DNA of 64,000 nucleotides from a bacterium (GCA_041395205.1 JAWLAZ010000002.1:589686-653685), one strand, 5' to 3'; positions 47,176 to 57,309 are shown, numbered from the stretch's first letter. Translations and numbers: made by a program. Notes: generated by a model not told the origin, from the sequence alone.

Positions 47176-48318
47176 TTAGGTGTCATGACTCCACTTTTTG
47201 CGCTTTTTCGTCCGTTTTTGCCCGTCTGCGCCGCCCTGATATTGCTGCTGGCCAGTGTAGATGCGGCCTCCGCCCAGTATTACGAGCCCTTTGAGCAGGG
47301 CTATGAACTGCAGGCCGTCACCGATCAGAACAGCCTGCTGCAGTGCAGCCCGGCCCCCGATGTGATCGCCGCCCAGCAGGCTTCGCGACCCGGCACGAGT
47401 CTCAGTTGCCTGCTGAAACTGCAATCCGGGATGATGCGCGTGCTGGAGCAGGAATATGTGGAGGACCTCGACCCCTTCTTCGCCGAGCAGCGCATGCTGC
47501 CGGCCAGGGACTGGGCCGGTTTCCACCGCAAGCAGTGGCAGGCCAACTACTCCACTGAGGCCGGGCAGGTCTACATCGGCGTCGGAATACACTATGAGGA
47601 CAACGAATACTGGGGCCTCGGGACGATCTGCAGCTACCTGCGCAGTGCCGACGGCAGCTTCCGGATGATCGCGCACCATGACCTGGGGCATGAATACATC
47701 GGCCGGGTCTTCGTACTGGATGCCAACCACGACGGCAGGCTGGACGTGATCGCCTCCTGGATGACGGGGGCCGGCAGCGGCGGCGGCGTGGACCTGCTGA
47801 CGGTCAATGAGGATGGCGGGATCAGCTACTTCGGTGACAGCGCAGAGCCCTCGGACTTCGCCAGCTCGCTGTGGAGCGCGCATGGCTCCGTGGAACTGAC
47901 GGACTATGACAACGACGGCGACTGGGAGCTGCAGCTCAGCTTCCCACTGTTCTTCAGCGCAGCCGGCTACTACTACCGCGACATCGTCAGTTTCGACAGC
48001 GCGGAGAACGCCTGGAGCTGGGACCCCGGCTTCGCGCCCGATTACTACGTCTCGCAGGACCGCTTCTATGAAAGGCTGTACGGCCAGGTGCAGCGGCTGG
48101 TGCATGACCCGGAGCAGTTCCACCGCGATACCGATGATTACTTCATGCAGTATTCCTGCTTCATTGACGGCGAGGAGTACAGCCTCGCACCCTTCATCAG
48201 CGATGACGGCATAATCAATGATGAACTGGTGGAGGAACTGCGTCTGATCGTGGAAGGCGGCGAGGAAGCAGTGCAACCCGTCGGCCGGATCCTGAATCTG
48301 AACATGCATGAGGCCTGA
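47176..48318 (+). CDS. secreted protein with FG-GAP/VCBS-like Asp-rich loops, tandem paralog 1
   Basis: Signal peptide. DANHDGRLDV and DYDNDGDWE calcium-binding-like loops. Similar in length and motif order to the next gene. Confidence 0.5.
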   Translation, partial: LGVMTPLFALFRPFLPVCAALILLLASVDAASAQYYEPFEQGYELQAVTDQNSLLQCSPAPDVIAAQQASRPGTSLSCLLKLQSGMMRVLEQEYVEDLDPFFAEQRMLPARDWAGFHRKQWQANYSTEAGQVYIGVGIHYEDNEYWGLGTICSYLRSADGSFRMIAHHDLGHEYIGRVFVLDANHDGRLDVIASWMTGAGSGGGVDLLTVNEDGGISYFGDSAEPSDFASSLWSAHGSVELTDYDNDGDWELQLSFPLFFSAAGYYYRDIVSFDSAENAWSWDPGFAPDYYVSQDRFYERLYGQVQRLVHDPEQFHRDTDDYFMQYSCFIDGEEYSLAPFISDDGIINDELVEELRLIVEGGEEAVQPVGRILNLNMHEA

Positions 48319-49354
48319 CATGAAACTGGCAATCACCGCCGGCCTGCTACTGGCAACGCTGCTCATCTCCCCTGCCCTGGCGCAGTTTGAGCTCAACCCC
48401 GCGGATGAGCCTGCCACGCTGCCGATCCCGGTCGGGATGGGCCTGCTGGCCAGCGAGGAATACTTCCACCAGCGCTTCCCGGATGAGGATGCCGCGCCGG
48501 ACTTCCTGCTGCGCTACCATCCGGCGGCGCATGCGCTCCTGGGCTGGGACGGGATGGACGGCCTGGGGGGCTACCGCGCGGAGGAGCATCTGCTGGACTC
48601 CGCCGAGGGCCAGCCCCTGCTCGGTGAGGCGGATGAGCGCTTCGACTCGCTGGAGATCGCGGTGTTTGGAATCGCCGAGGGCCGGCTGGAGCTTTACGAC
48701 CATGCCTCGGGCCAGCCCGTGCTCAGGCAGACGGTGGAGTTTCCGCCGGTTTCCGCGGAGTATGTCTGGCTGGTGGATCTGACCGGCGATGGCCGCAGCG
48801 AGGTGGTGGTTTCCGGGATGACCGGGATCAGCAACGGCGGCGGGGCCTATGTGTTCCGGATGCTGGACGACGGACGGCTCGAGGCCATCAGTGAAGGTGA
48901 GGAAGGCGAGTTCTGGCCGCAGATGCTGTGGAGCTTCTATGGCTCGCTGGAGCTTCTGCGCACGGCGGACGGGCACTGGGTCTACCGCAGCATTTCCCCC
49001 GTCGGCCGCAATCTCAGCGACTACTTCTGGAGCTGGTTCTACGAATGGGATGCGGCTTCCGGGCGTTTCGTGATGGACGGTCCGTCGTATCATGCCGAGA
49101 AGCGGCAGCAGTATCAGTTCTTCCAGCGCTTCCAGCAGGTGCTGAAGGATTTCCTGGCGGACCCGGCGGCGTTCAGCATCGACGACCCGGCACTCGGCTA
49201 CAGCTATGGCTTCTCCGATGATGACGGTGACTACAGCCTGGACTGCTTCACGGATGAGGATGGCAGCATCCTCGACTGGCTGCTCGAGGAGACGATCACG
49301 GAGCTGGATTACATGCTCGCGGATCCCGTGGATGGATCGGACCGGATGCAGTAA
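48308..49354 (+). CDS. secreted protein, tandem paralog 2
   Basis: Signal peptide MKLAITAGLLLATLLISPALA. DLTGDGRSEV loop. Collinear with paralog 1 (MTGxxxGGG block, C-terminal D/E-rich segment). Confidence 0.5.
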   Translation: MRPDMKLAITAGLLLATLLISPALAQFELNPADEPATLPIPVGMGLLASEEYFHQRFPDEDAAPDFLLRYHPAAHALLGWDGMDGLGGYRAEEHLLDSAEGQPLLGEADERFDSLEIAVFGIAEGRLELYDHASGQPVLRQTVEFPPVSAEYVWLVDLTGDGRSEVVVSGMTGISNGGGAYVFRMLDDGRLEAISEGEEGEFWPQMLWSFYGSLELLRTADGHWVYRSISPVGRNLSDYFWSWFYEWDAASGRFVMDGPSYHAEKRQQYQFFQRFQQVLKDFLADPAAFSIDDPALGYSYGFSDDDGDYSLDCFTDEDGSILDWLLEETITELDYMLADPVDGSDRMQ

Positions 49355-49415
49355 CCATTGACTCCCGCCTGCGTCATGTTATTTAGTTAGATGTACGTAC
49401 GGTGAAGGAGCGGAC

Positions 49416-50756
49416 ATGAAGCGTGGACTGGCTGGGATCGGACTGAGCGTGCTGGCGCTGTTGCTGACTGCGCTGCATGCCGCATCCTGTGGCGGAGCAT
49501 CCGCCGCCGGTTCAGTGGATTCCGCTCCCGTTATCCAGGCCGCAGCGGCTCCGGCCTTCCCGCTGGATGACCCGCATTTCTCGCGCCAGGTGAAGGCGCT
49601 GGAAACCCTGGACGGCACGCAGACCTACTCCGACTGCGGAGCTCCGGGCTTCGCCGTGCATGACACGATCGCCACGGTGGGCGTGCTCGCCAGCAGCGAG
49701 GCCCAGCCCAGCGCCTGGGCGGTCTACCGCTTCCCGCTGAACAACCCCACCGACCTTGAATCGATCAAGGTCACCCTCCACCAGGGCAAGCTGGACGATT
49801 ACTACTACGTGATGCTGGCTGACTACACCAGCAAGCGCTGGCAGCTCGTCGGGCAGAAGCTGTCCACCTCCCAGGTGCTGCCGGCGGACTGGCAGGGCCT
49901 CGACATCACCAGCCCGGCCAAGTTCGTCTATATCGCTGTGATCGTGGTGGACGGGCGCGACATCAACATCGCCGGGCTGGAGTCCAGCATCACGCAGGGA
50001 AATGGAGGGGACTACCCGATCTACGACGACTTCGAGGACAACGACACGCTTGACACCTGCTATCCGATCGGCGTGGGCAGCTATGTTGCCAGCACGCATG
50101 ACGACTTCGTGCCCGAGATGCTGGAGATTGACGAGGCCCAGGACCACTGGGACTTCTACTGCATCGACCTGAATGCCGGTGAGCACTTCACCGCCACGCT
50201 GGAGTATGAGTACGTCAACCACTTCGACCAGCCCAACGGCACCTTCAACGATCTCGACATGCTGATGTACGCGCCGGGTGTGATGGACCTGCCATTGGAC
50301 AACTTCAATGAGCAGTGGAGCAGCATCCGCATCTACTTCACGAACATGGAGCTCGTGAGCTTCGTGGCCCCCGGCACTGGCACCTACCGCATCGGGATCC
50401 GAGGCGACCTGGGCGACCAGTTCTCGGCGGACAGCAATGCGGAGTACGTGCTGAAGACCTTCGTGAGTGCGGATACGCACAAGGTCAGCGGCTTCATCAC
50501 GCAGAATGAGCAGGAACCGGACAAGAAGTTCCTCGTGGTGCTGACGCCGGGCAACTTCAGCGGCGTGACCTCACTGGAGGCCGCACCCCACGGCGGCTAT
50601 GAAATCAACGGCGTGCCGGATGGGACCTACACCATGGAAGTGCGCGGCAGCGCGGCCTGGAACCAGCATGACTACACCTATCCGAATACCAAGCAGGTGG
50701 TGGTCAGCGGCGGCGACGTGAACATCAGCATGAGCATCGACCCCTTCCCGGGCTAG
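49416..50756 (+). CDS. lipoprotein with a PPC-like domain and C-terminal carboxypeptidase-regulatory-like domain
   Basis: Lipobox LHAASCGG. GTGTYRIGIRGDLGDQFSADSNAEYVLKTF resembles pre-peptidase C-terminal domains. The C-terminal KVSGFI...GVPDGTYTMEV resembles CarboxypepD_reg. Confidence 0.5.
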   Translation: MKRGLAGIGLSVLALLLTALHAASCGGASAAGSVDSAPVIQAAAAPAFPLDDPHFSRQVKALETLDGTQTYSDCGAPGFAVHDTIATVGVLASSEAQPSAWAVYRFPLNNPTDLESIKVTLHQGKLDDYYYVMLADYTSKRWQLVGQKLSTSQVLPADWQGLDITSPAKFVYIAVIVVDGRDINIAGLESSITQGNGGDYPIYDDFEDNDTLDTCYPIGVGSYVASTHDDFVPEMLEIDEAQDHWDFYCIDLNAGEHFTATLEYEYVNHFDQPNGTFNDLDMLMYAPGVMDLPLDNFNEQWSSIRIYFTNMELVSFVAPGTGTYRIGIRGDLGDQFSADSNAEYVLKTFVSADTHKVSGFITQNEQEPDKKFLVVLTPGNFSGVTSLEAAPHGGYEINGVPDGTYTMEVRGSAAWNQHDYTYPNTKQVVVSGGDVNISMSIDPFPG

Positions 50757-50850
50757 GAGGTCTGGCGCGAGCCAGGCGCGGAGGTCGAGCGCCAGCTCGG
50801 CGCGGAGGTCTGGCGCAAGCCAGGCGCGGGAGGTCCGGCGCAAGCCGGAA
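50757..50850. repeat. type-2 REP hairpins (inverted orientation) flanking RAYT copy 2
   Basis: GGAGGTCGAGCGCCAGCTCGG and GGAGGTCTGGCGCAAGCCAGGCG units, which are reverse complements of the units at 51601-51700. Confidence 0.7.
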
Positions 50851-50853
50851 TCC

Positions 50854-51474
50854 TCACTCCTTTCGCAATACGCGTCGGGGATCCACTGTATCCATCAGCG
50901 ATTCCAGACTGAAGCCATGCACACTGCTGTGTTGCCAGTCCGTCTGGCAAGCTGCCAGACCTGCCTTGACCGGATTGTCATGAATGTAGTCAAGCGTATG
51001 CTTCAGATGGTCAAGGCTGCGCATCGCCCGGTCAAAGTAACTGCCCTGCCAGAGTTTCCCCGATCTGCCGAGCAGGCGATTGATGCGCAGGGAGGAACGT
51101 GACTTGAGCAGTCGGACCGTATCACCCAGCCGGGCATGCTCCAGCTGCCTGATCAGCAGATGGACATGGTTTGGCATCACCACCCAGGCCAGTAGTGAGT
51201 AATGATCCTCCGCTGTCTCCATAAGGACATCCCTGAATGCAATGGCAGCACCTGCCGATGCCAGCAGACAGGTTCCCAGACAGCGATCCAGCTGATCATC
51301 CATAGTCTGGAACACACGCTCGCCGTCCAGCCTGCCCTGGAAGCTGTTGTGTGAGCGGCGCTCCCGAGGTGCGGCATCAGCCAGCACGAACGTCAGGAAC
51401 TGCAGGCAACCCTTATCGTCAAAATGCGGCAGATTGTCGTGCTTGTAGAATCCGCGATGAGTATCAGGCTTCAT
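50854..51474 (-). CDS. REP-associated tyrosine transposase (RAYT, IS200-like), copy 2
   Basis: HUH motif VVMPNHVHLLI, catalytic-Tyr motif LDYIHDNPVKAGL, and an N-terminal FLTFV strand motif. It is a distinct sequence from copy 1. Confidence 0.7.
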   Translation of the reverse strand: MKPDTHRGFYKHDNLPHFDDKGCLQFLTFVLADAAPRERRSHNSFQGRLDGERVFQTMDDQLDRCLGTCLLASAGAAIAFRDVLMETAEDHYSLLAWVVMPNHVHLLIRQLEHARLGDTVRLLKSRSSLRINRLLGRSGKLWQGSYFDRAMRSLDHLKHTLDYIHDNPVKAGLAACQTDWQHSSVHGFSLESLMDTVDPRRVLRKE

Positions 51475-51589
51475 GCCATGATTATATTTCTTATTTACTT
51501 TATGTCAAGGGATAGATGTTGAGGTTGTACATGAGTTCATCCGGAGCGGGTTCCGGATGGTGAGGGTGCAGGATGGACCGGCTTGCGCC

Positions 51590-51720
51590 GGGATACCATT
51601 GCCGAGCTGGCGCTCGACCTCCGACGCCTGGCTTGCGCCAGACCTCCGTTGTCCGGCTTGCGCCGGGATACCGCGCCGAGCTGGCGCTCGACCTCCATCG
51701 CCGAGCTGCCCCTCCCCCTC
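51590..51720. repeat. type-2 REP hairpins (forward orientation) on the other flank of RAYT copy 2
   Basis: CCGAGCTGGCGCTCGACCTCC occurs 3 times and CGCCTGGCTTGCGCCAGACCTCC once. Together with 50757-50850 these form inverted REP doublets around the RAYT gene. Confidence 0.7.
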
Positions 51721-51921
51721 CAATGATGTAACCCGTATCGCGCACGGGCGTCCCTAGATATGTGTTGGACGGGTGCATTGATGGGACCGCTCCAGAACTT
51801 CCGGTACATTAACGGAGCTGGCCCCGGCAAGCAGGCACCGCGGGCTGAAAGTTGTTATCATTAACAGTTGTTAAGAACCGGTAATACCCGAGATTCCCAC
51901 AGACCAGAACTGCGAGGACCG

Positions 51922-54900
51922 ATGGTTATGACAGGAAAGATTCTAGGCAGACTGACGACCCTGCTGGCGGGCGCGGCGCTTTTCGTGCTGGCCTCCTGCG
52001 GTGGCAGCGGCGGCGGGCTGGACAGCCTGGACACGTCCGCCAGCGAAAGCTGGCCCGTGCACGGCTACCAGGACGCGGCGCGCAGCGGCAGCTTCATGGT
52101 GGTGGCGGTGGATGACACCGAGCGCAGCATCGTGGAGCCGACCAGCCGCCTGAGCCTCGAGGTCGAGGCCGGGGATGGCGGGCAGTACGTGCGCGTGTTC
52201 GGCAGCGGGCTTGAGCCCAGCAACCACGCCTACCTGCACCTGGCCTATGATCCCGCCAGCGTGCGTCCCGTGACCGCCGGGGCCGGGCGTGAGATCGCCG
52301 GCGACAGCATGTTCGTGAGCGTGACGAGCGAACCCGGGCTGGTGGCGATGGGCATCGGCACGATCGGCGGCCGCGAGGTGATCGCGGGCGAGGTTGAGCT
52401 GGCCGAGGTCTTCTTCGCCGACGGTCCGGCCCTGATGCTCGGGCGCGGGACTTCCGCCGTGGCCCAGAGCCCGGTCAACACCCTGCGCTGGGACGGCACA
52501 GATCCGACCAAGCTGCTCTGGAACTACCGCAACACCGGCGACTACGACCAGAACCGCCAGGTCGGCATTTCCGACATCACCCCGATCGGCATCTACCTCG
52601 GCAAGAGCAACACCGAGAGCGACTGGTTCAAGGCAGAGCCGAGCGACGGTGACAACAACGGCGTGATCAACATCTCCGACATCACCCCGATCGGTGTCAA
52701 CTACAACAACCAGGTCTCCCAGTACCGGATTGACAGCGCGGCTTCCGAGAGCGGCAGCTTCAGCGGCACCGGCAGCAGCGTTGACTACGAACAGCACATC
52801 AAGCCCGCCGGCGGCGGCTTCTACAGCTTCGAATTCAGCCTCAGCCCGCTCCCCGCGGACGGGATGTGGTTCGCGGTCACCGCACTTGACAACGGCAACC
52901 CGGCCTCCGCCCATTCCAACGCCGTGCAGTACGGCGGCAGCGGCGGCGGCGGCTCCGCCCCGCAGAACCTCAGCGGCATCGTGAACGGTGCCAACTTCGA
53001 GCTCAGCTGGCAGGCCCCCGCCACGGGCACGCCTGACGGCTACAACGCCTATGTGAGCAGCACCGCCGGAATGAGCGGCGCGCTCAAGCTCAACAGCGCG
53101 CTGGTCAGCGGCACGAACTACATCGTGCCGAGCACGATCTCCACCGGCGGCACCTGGTACTTCGCCGTGACCGCGATGAGCGGCACGGACGAGAGCAGCT
53201 ACAGCAACATCTGGACCAACGCCGTGGGCGGTGACACCGACCCGCCGGCCTGGAGCGGCACCGACATCGGCATCAAGGCCGCGACCCCCGGTGACGCCAG
53301 CGTCAACGTGGAGTGGTACACCGCGACGGACACCAGCGTGCCCGTGACCTACAACGTCTACTACGCCGAGACCGGCACGGGCATCAACTGGAACACCCCG
53401 CAGCTGACCGGCCAGAGCGGCACGAGCGCGATGGTCAACGGCCTGACGAACGGCACGAGCTACGACTTCGGCGTGCGCGCCGTGGACAGCGCCAGCAACG
53501 TGACGACGAACGAGAACTTCCTGAGCGCCACACCGACGGCCGGCGTTGACAACACTCCTCCGGCCTGGTTCCAGGGCGAGGGCATCAAGACGGCCGAACC
53601 TGACAACCAGACCGTGGCCGTGACCTGGTACAGCGCGGTGGATGCCACCAATCCGCCGGTGAGCTACCTGCTGTATTACGTCGAGGACACCGAGGCCTTC
53701 GACTGGGACAACCCGCAGGAGGTCTTTGACAGCAGCATCACCAGCCATACGGTGATCGGCCTGACCAATGACCAGCGCTACAAGTTCGCGGTCAAGGCCC
53801 AGGACAGCGCCGTCCCGCCGAACCGCACGGCGAACGAGAACTTCCTCTACGCCACCCCGCAGATCTTCCCCGGCTCCGGCCAGATCGGTGCAGTGACCGC
53901 CAGCGACACAGCCAGCGTGCGGATGCCCGGCGAGGAGGTGCCGCGCATCTTCAGCGTGGACCGCGGCACGGCCCTGAACTACACGACCTGGACCGGCAGT
54001 GCCTGGGTCACGCAAGACCTGAACACGATCCTCTCCAACCCGGACCGCAAGTACCACCCGCAGGCCGTGGCCCGTGGCAATGACATCCATGTGGTGTTCG
54101 GCACGCCCAATGCGATCTATGAGCTGCATGGCGACAAGGACAGTGACCCCAGCACCTGGACACTGACGACGATTGCCAGCAGCGGAATCAACTCGATCTT
54201 CGGGATCGGCCTGGATTACAGTGCCACGGACGACTACTTCGCGGTGAACTACGCCACTGACAACGGCGGCGAGAAGCTCTACTACAGTGAGCGTGATGCC
54301 GGTGCCAGCTGGACCCTGCCCACGAAGATCGCGGATGGCACGCCGCAGATCTGGCAGTGCGACATCACGATCAACGAGAATGACGGTTCACAGTGGGCCG
54401 TGGGAGCCTTCGGCGAGGCCGACTCCAACTCGGATGACCTTAAGTTCTACTACTTCACCCGGCCGAACCGCGTCGACGGCTGGACGGGCGGCCCCTCCGG
54501 CGAGGGTGGCGACGTGATGGTGGTCGACATCGATCCCAACAGCAACGTGCCGATCGTCGTCAATGCAGAGGTGCGCGTGGTTGACACCGGCTTCGGCAAT
54601 GCCCCGATCAGCGATGCGGTGGTCTACCTCTGGAGCGGCTCGAGCTGGATCAAGAACGTGCTGGAGCAGGGCGACTTCATCGTGGACCTCGGCAACTTCA
54701 CGCAGGAGACGATCCTCACCGGGCAGGACCCGCAGGTCGTGTTCTCCCCGACCGGCAAGGCCGTCGCGCTCTGGAGCAACCTGGACATGGAGGTGGACCT
54801 GATTGAGCAGTCCGCCCAGCTCACCGGCTCCTGGCGCTTCAGCCAGCGTCCGGACACCAGCTGGTCAAACCCCTCGACGATGATTCCCAACATCTCGTCG

Positions 54901-55062
54901 TCAAACTCCGTGACGGCCGGTGAGAGCTACCAGCACTGCGTGACCTGCGACCTCGGCTTCATTGACCAGGATGACAACTACATCAACCTGTTCAACAAGT
55001 ACAGCCAACGCAACAACTACGTGGAGGGTACCCTCTACTACCGCCGCCAGAGCTGGAACTGA
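51922..55062 (+). CDS. large surface lipoprotein with dockerin-like repeats, FN3 repeats and a C-terminal beta-propeller-like region
   Basis: Start trimmed to MVMTGKIL with a GAGGAC RBS; lipobox LASCGGS. Dockerin-like loops are DYDQNRQVGISDITPIG and DGDNNGVINISDITPIG. There are several FN3-like segments (PQNLSGIV...FELSWQAP, DTDPPAWSG...VNVEWY, DNTPPAWFQ...VAVTWY). Confidence 0.65.
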   Translation: MVMTGKILGRLTTLLAGAALFVLASCGGSGGGLDSLDTSASESWPVHGYQDAARSGSFMVVAVDDTERSIVEPTSRLSLEVEAGDGGQYVRVFGSGLEPSNHAYLHLAYDPASVRPVTAGAGREIAGDSMFVSVTSEPGLVAMGIGTIGGREVIAGEVELAEVFFADGPALMLGRGTSAVAQSPVNTLRWDGTDPTKLLWNYRNTGDYDQNRQVGISDITPIGIYLGKSNTESDWFKAEPSDGDNNGVINISDITPIGVNYNNQVSQYRIDSAASESGSFSGTGSSVDYEQHIKPAGGGFYSFEFSLSPLPADGMWFAVTALDNGNPASAHSNAVQYGGSGGGGSAPQNLSGIVNGANFELSWQAPATGTPDGYNAYVSSTAGMSGALKLNSALVSGTNYIVPSTISTGGTWYFAVTAMSGTDESSYSNIWTNAVGGDTDPPAWSGTDIGIKAATPGDASVNVEWYTATDTSVPVTYNVYYAETGTGINWNTPQLTGQSGTSAMVNGLTNGTSYDFGVRAVDSASNVTTNENFLSATPTAGVDNTPPAWFQGEGIKTAEPDNQTVAVTWYSAVDATNPPVSYLLYYVEDTEAFDWDNPQEVFDSSITSHTVIGLTNDQRYKFAVKAQDSAVPPNRTANENFLYATPQIFPGSGQIGAVTASDTASVRMPGEEVPRIFSVDRGTALNYTTWTGSAWVTQDLNTILSNPDRKYHPQAVARGNDIHVVFGTPNAIYELHGDKDSDPSTWTLTTIASSGINSIFGIGLDYSATDDYFAVNYATDNGGEKLYYSERDAGASWTLPTKIADGTPQIWQCDITINENDGSQWAVGAFGEADSNSDDLKFYYFTRPNRVDGWTGGPSGEGGDVMVVDIDPNSNVPIVVNAEVRVVDTGFGNAPISDAVVYLWSGSSWIKNVLEQGDFIVDLGNFTQETILTGQDPQVVFSPTGKAVALWSNLDMEVDLIEQSAQLTGSWRFSQRPDTSWSNPSTMIPNISSSNSVTAGESYQHCVTCDLGFIDQDDNYINLFNKYSQRNNYVEGTLYYRRQSWN

Positions 55063-55127
55063 ACACGGGCAGCCTGGCTGCACTGACAACGGAATCAACA
55101 AAGGCCCCGGGCAACCGGGGCCTTTTC

Positions 55128-55230
55128 AGTAGTGAGTGGTCTGTGGTCAGTGGTCAGTACCCATATTGTCCGACCAGTGATTTCTGACTACTGACTACTG
55201 ACTACTGACTACTGATTACTGACCACTGAC
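55128..55230. repeat. inverted heptamer tandem arrays (GTGGTCA)n ... (CTGACTA/CTGACCA)n at a convergent gene junction
   Basis: AGTGGTCTGTGGTCAGTGGTCAG at 55128-55160 and (CTGACTA)n(CTGACCA)n at 55175-55230 are mutually complementary, separated by ~15 nt. Confidence 0.7.
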
Positions 55231-55232
55231 CA

Positions 55233-55916
55233 CTATTCCCACAGGTCAGCCTGGTATTCGCCCTCGGGGCTTCTGTAGCCGAAGACCTCACGGAATTCGC
55301 GCTCCAGCGCATCGCCGACCTCATCGAGGGTGGGCGTGCGGCCGCTGATGCTCTCGATGCTGCCGACCTGCTTGCCGGTGATCCCGCAGGGAATGATCAG
55401 GTCGTAGAAGCTCAGGTCCGTTGTCACGTTCAGAGCCAGACCGTGGTAGCTCACCCCGCCGCGCACCGCCACGCCGAGTGCGGCGAGCTTGACCTCGCCG
55501 ACCCAGACGCCGGTCAGGCCGGGGCTGCGCCCGCTCTCGATCCCCCATTCATGCAGGGTGCGGATCAGCGTCTCCTCCAGGCCGTGCATCAGCTCGCGCA
55601 CGCCCATCCCCCGCGCGCGCAGGTTGACAACGGGATAGCCCACGAGCTGGCCGGGGCCGTGGAAGGTGATGTCCCCGCCGCGCTCGATCTCGCGCCAGTC
55701 CACGCCCAGTTCGCTCAGGCCCTCCCTGTCAACGATCAGGTTGGCACTGTCGCCGCTGCGCCCAAGCGTGATCACGGGATCGTGCTCGACGAGGATCAGG
55801 GTGTCGGGGATTTCATCCATGCGCCGGGCGGTGTGCAGTTCGAGCTGGCGCTCATAGCAGCGCGGCCAGTCCAGGCGCCCGAGGCGCAGCACATCCAGGG
55901 GCGGATGGACAGCCAT
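55233..55916 (-). CDS. lipB: lipoyl(octanoyl) transferase
   Basis: LILVEHDPVITLGRSGD, RGGDITFHGPGQLVGYP and KLAALGVAVR motifs of LipB. Confidence 0.85.
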   Translation of the reverse strand: MAVHPPLDVLRLGRLDWPRCYERQLELHTARRMDEIPDTLILVEHDPVITLGRSGDSANLIVDREGLSELGVDWREIERGGDITFHGPGQLVGYPVVNLRARGMGVRELMHGLEETLIRTLHEWGIESGRSPGLTGVWVGEVKLAALGVAVRGGVSYHGLALNVTTDLSFYDLIIPCGITGKQVGSIESISGRTPTLDEVGDALEREFREVFGYRSPEGEYQADLWE

Positions 55917-56226
55917 ATGGATATTCTATTGCAGTATGCCCGAGATGATATGGGCATTCACCACGAAGGACTCAAAGTCCGCAATGGGATACATGATCAC
56001 AAAGTGCTAGCTTTCAGATTGTGGCAGCCGGATGAGACCAGGGCGAATCAGCAGCGCATCCCTTGGTGCAGTTTCACAGCACCTCCGACAGGAGGCCAGG
56101 CAGTTTGCCTGGCAATCGCCAAGCTTACAGCTTGGCCTCCAATAGCGCAGCTACGCAGCGCAACCCATGGTGCAACTTCACAGCACCTTCGGTTTGATAG
56201 GCCCGACCGGGCCATGCGGTGGCCTA

Positions 56227-57102
56227 TCAACCACCGCTCATGCAGCGCCGCTCCGGAACATAGGCCCTCTCCCAGTTGATGCGCTTCACGCCGCCCGTGC
56301 CCTCGGCCCCGGGCTTCTCGAGCGCGAGCTTCTCACCGAGGCCCTTGAAGCTGTAGTTGGCCATCCACTCCCGCGGGCAGGCCACGAGCTCGAAGCGCGG
56401 GAAATGCCAGTGGCCATTTTCATTGACCTTGCAGACCGGCATGTCCTGGTAGCCCTCACCGACATAGGCCAGCCCGAATTCTGAATTGCGGCTGAACTGA
56501 TGCTGGTCTCCCGGCTTGACCTCCTGCAGGTAGACCCGGCGGTCCAGATCGGCGAACACGGTCTTCGTATGGTGGCCGTACTGTGCGGCCCTGGTCAGAC
56601 TTGAAAGGTCATTGGTATCCCGGGCGTCAAAGGCTGCGATCACCTTGCCGCTCTCAGCCTCCTCCACCTGGAAGAGGTAGCTGCCGCGCTGGCGCTCATT
56701 CCACTGCGGGCTGATCGTGAGGAACTGCCCGTCGCCGATGTCAAGGCGGATCTGATCAGTCTCACCTTCATGCACGGTCAGCTCGCGGGTCTCCTCGAAG
56801 AGCTTCATGCCCCAGCGGGCCTGCACCGTGAAGATGTGCTCACGCTGGCTGTGCTCGGCGGCGTCGCTGTCCACGGCCCAGCCGTGGTAATCCACGGCGA
56901 TGCTGACTTCGGTATCCGCGGGGATCACGATGTCATCGCGGCTCAGGCCGACATCACCCACGGCCGTGACTTCCTGCGCGGCATCCGCTGCCGTGCTGCC
57001 ATCAGCAGTGTCATTGCGGTCGCAACTGCCCGTCACACACAGCAGGCAGAGCAGGATCAGGCTCGCCAGAGCCTTCAGTTCGTGTCCCAGCAGTCTGTCC
57101 AT
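56227..57102 (-). CDS. lipoprotein of unknown function
   Basis: Signal plus lipobox LLCVTGSC. 291 aa. Divergent from the mocR-like regulator gene. Confidence 0.5.
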   Translation of the reverse strand: MDRLLGHELKALASLILLCLLCVTGSCDRNDTADGSTAADAAQEVTAVGDVGLSRDDIVIPADTEVSIAVDYHGWAVDSDAAEHSQREHIFTVQARWGMKLFEETRELTVHEGETDQIRLDIGDGQFLTISPQWNERQRGSYLFQVEEAESGKVIAAFDARDTNDLSSLTRAAQYGHHTKTVFADLDRRVYLQEVKPGDQHQFSRNSEFGLAYVGEGYQDMPVCKVNENGHWHFPRFELVACPREWMANYSFKGLGEKLALEKPGAEGTGGVKRINWERAYVPERRCMSGG

Positions 57103-57213
57103 GAGAATCCCCGAAACATGATTATCAGAAACTGGTTTAATTGTGCCCTATCAGCCGGGTAAAGTCAATTTGCGGGATGTTACTCTGCAGGCTCCGGCAT
57201 TTAGTGAATGAAG

Positions 57214-57309
57214 GGTACCAGTTTCAACGTCAGGATACCGGATGCAAATCAGTCTCAGTACGCCAGCCCTTTATCAGTCAGGCTGCGTGAATCAGCGGAA
57301 ACTGGTACC
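57214..57309. promoter_or_regulatory. candidate MocR/GntR operator: inverted repeat GGTACCAGTTTC ... GAAACTGGTACC
   Basis: Perfect 12-bp inverted half-sites at 57214-57225 and 57298-57309, 72 bp apart. Related GAAACTGGTTTA at 57128-57139 and GAGGTACCGGTA at 57321-57332. TATAAT at 57355-57360. Confidence 0.4.

Noticed and set aside
51943-54129. 728-aa minus-strand ORF
   Set aside because: It is antisense to the dockerin/FN3 surface protein gene. The translation is Gly/Ala/Arg low complexity.
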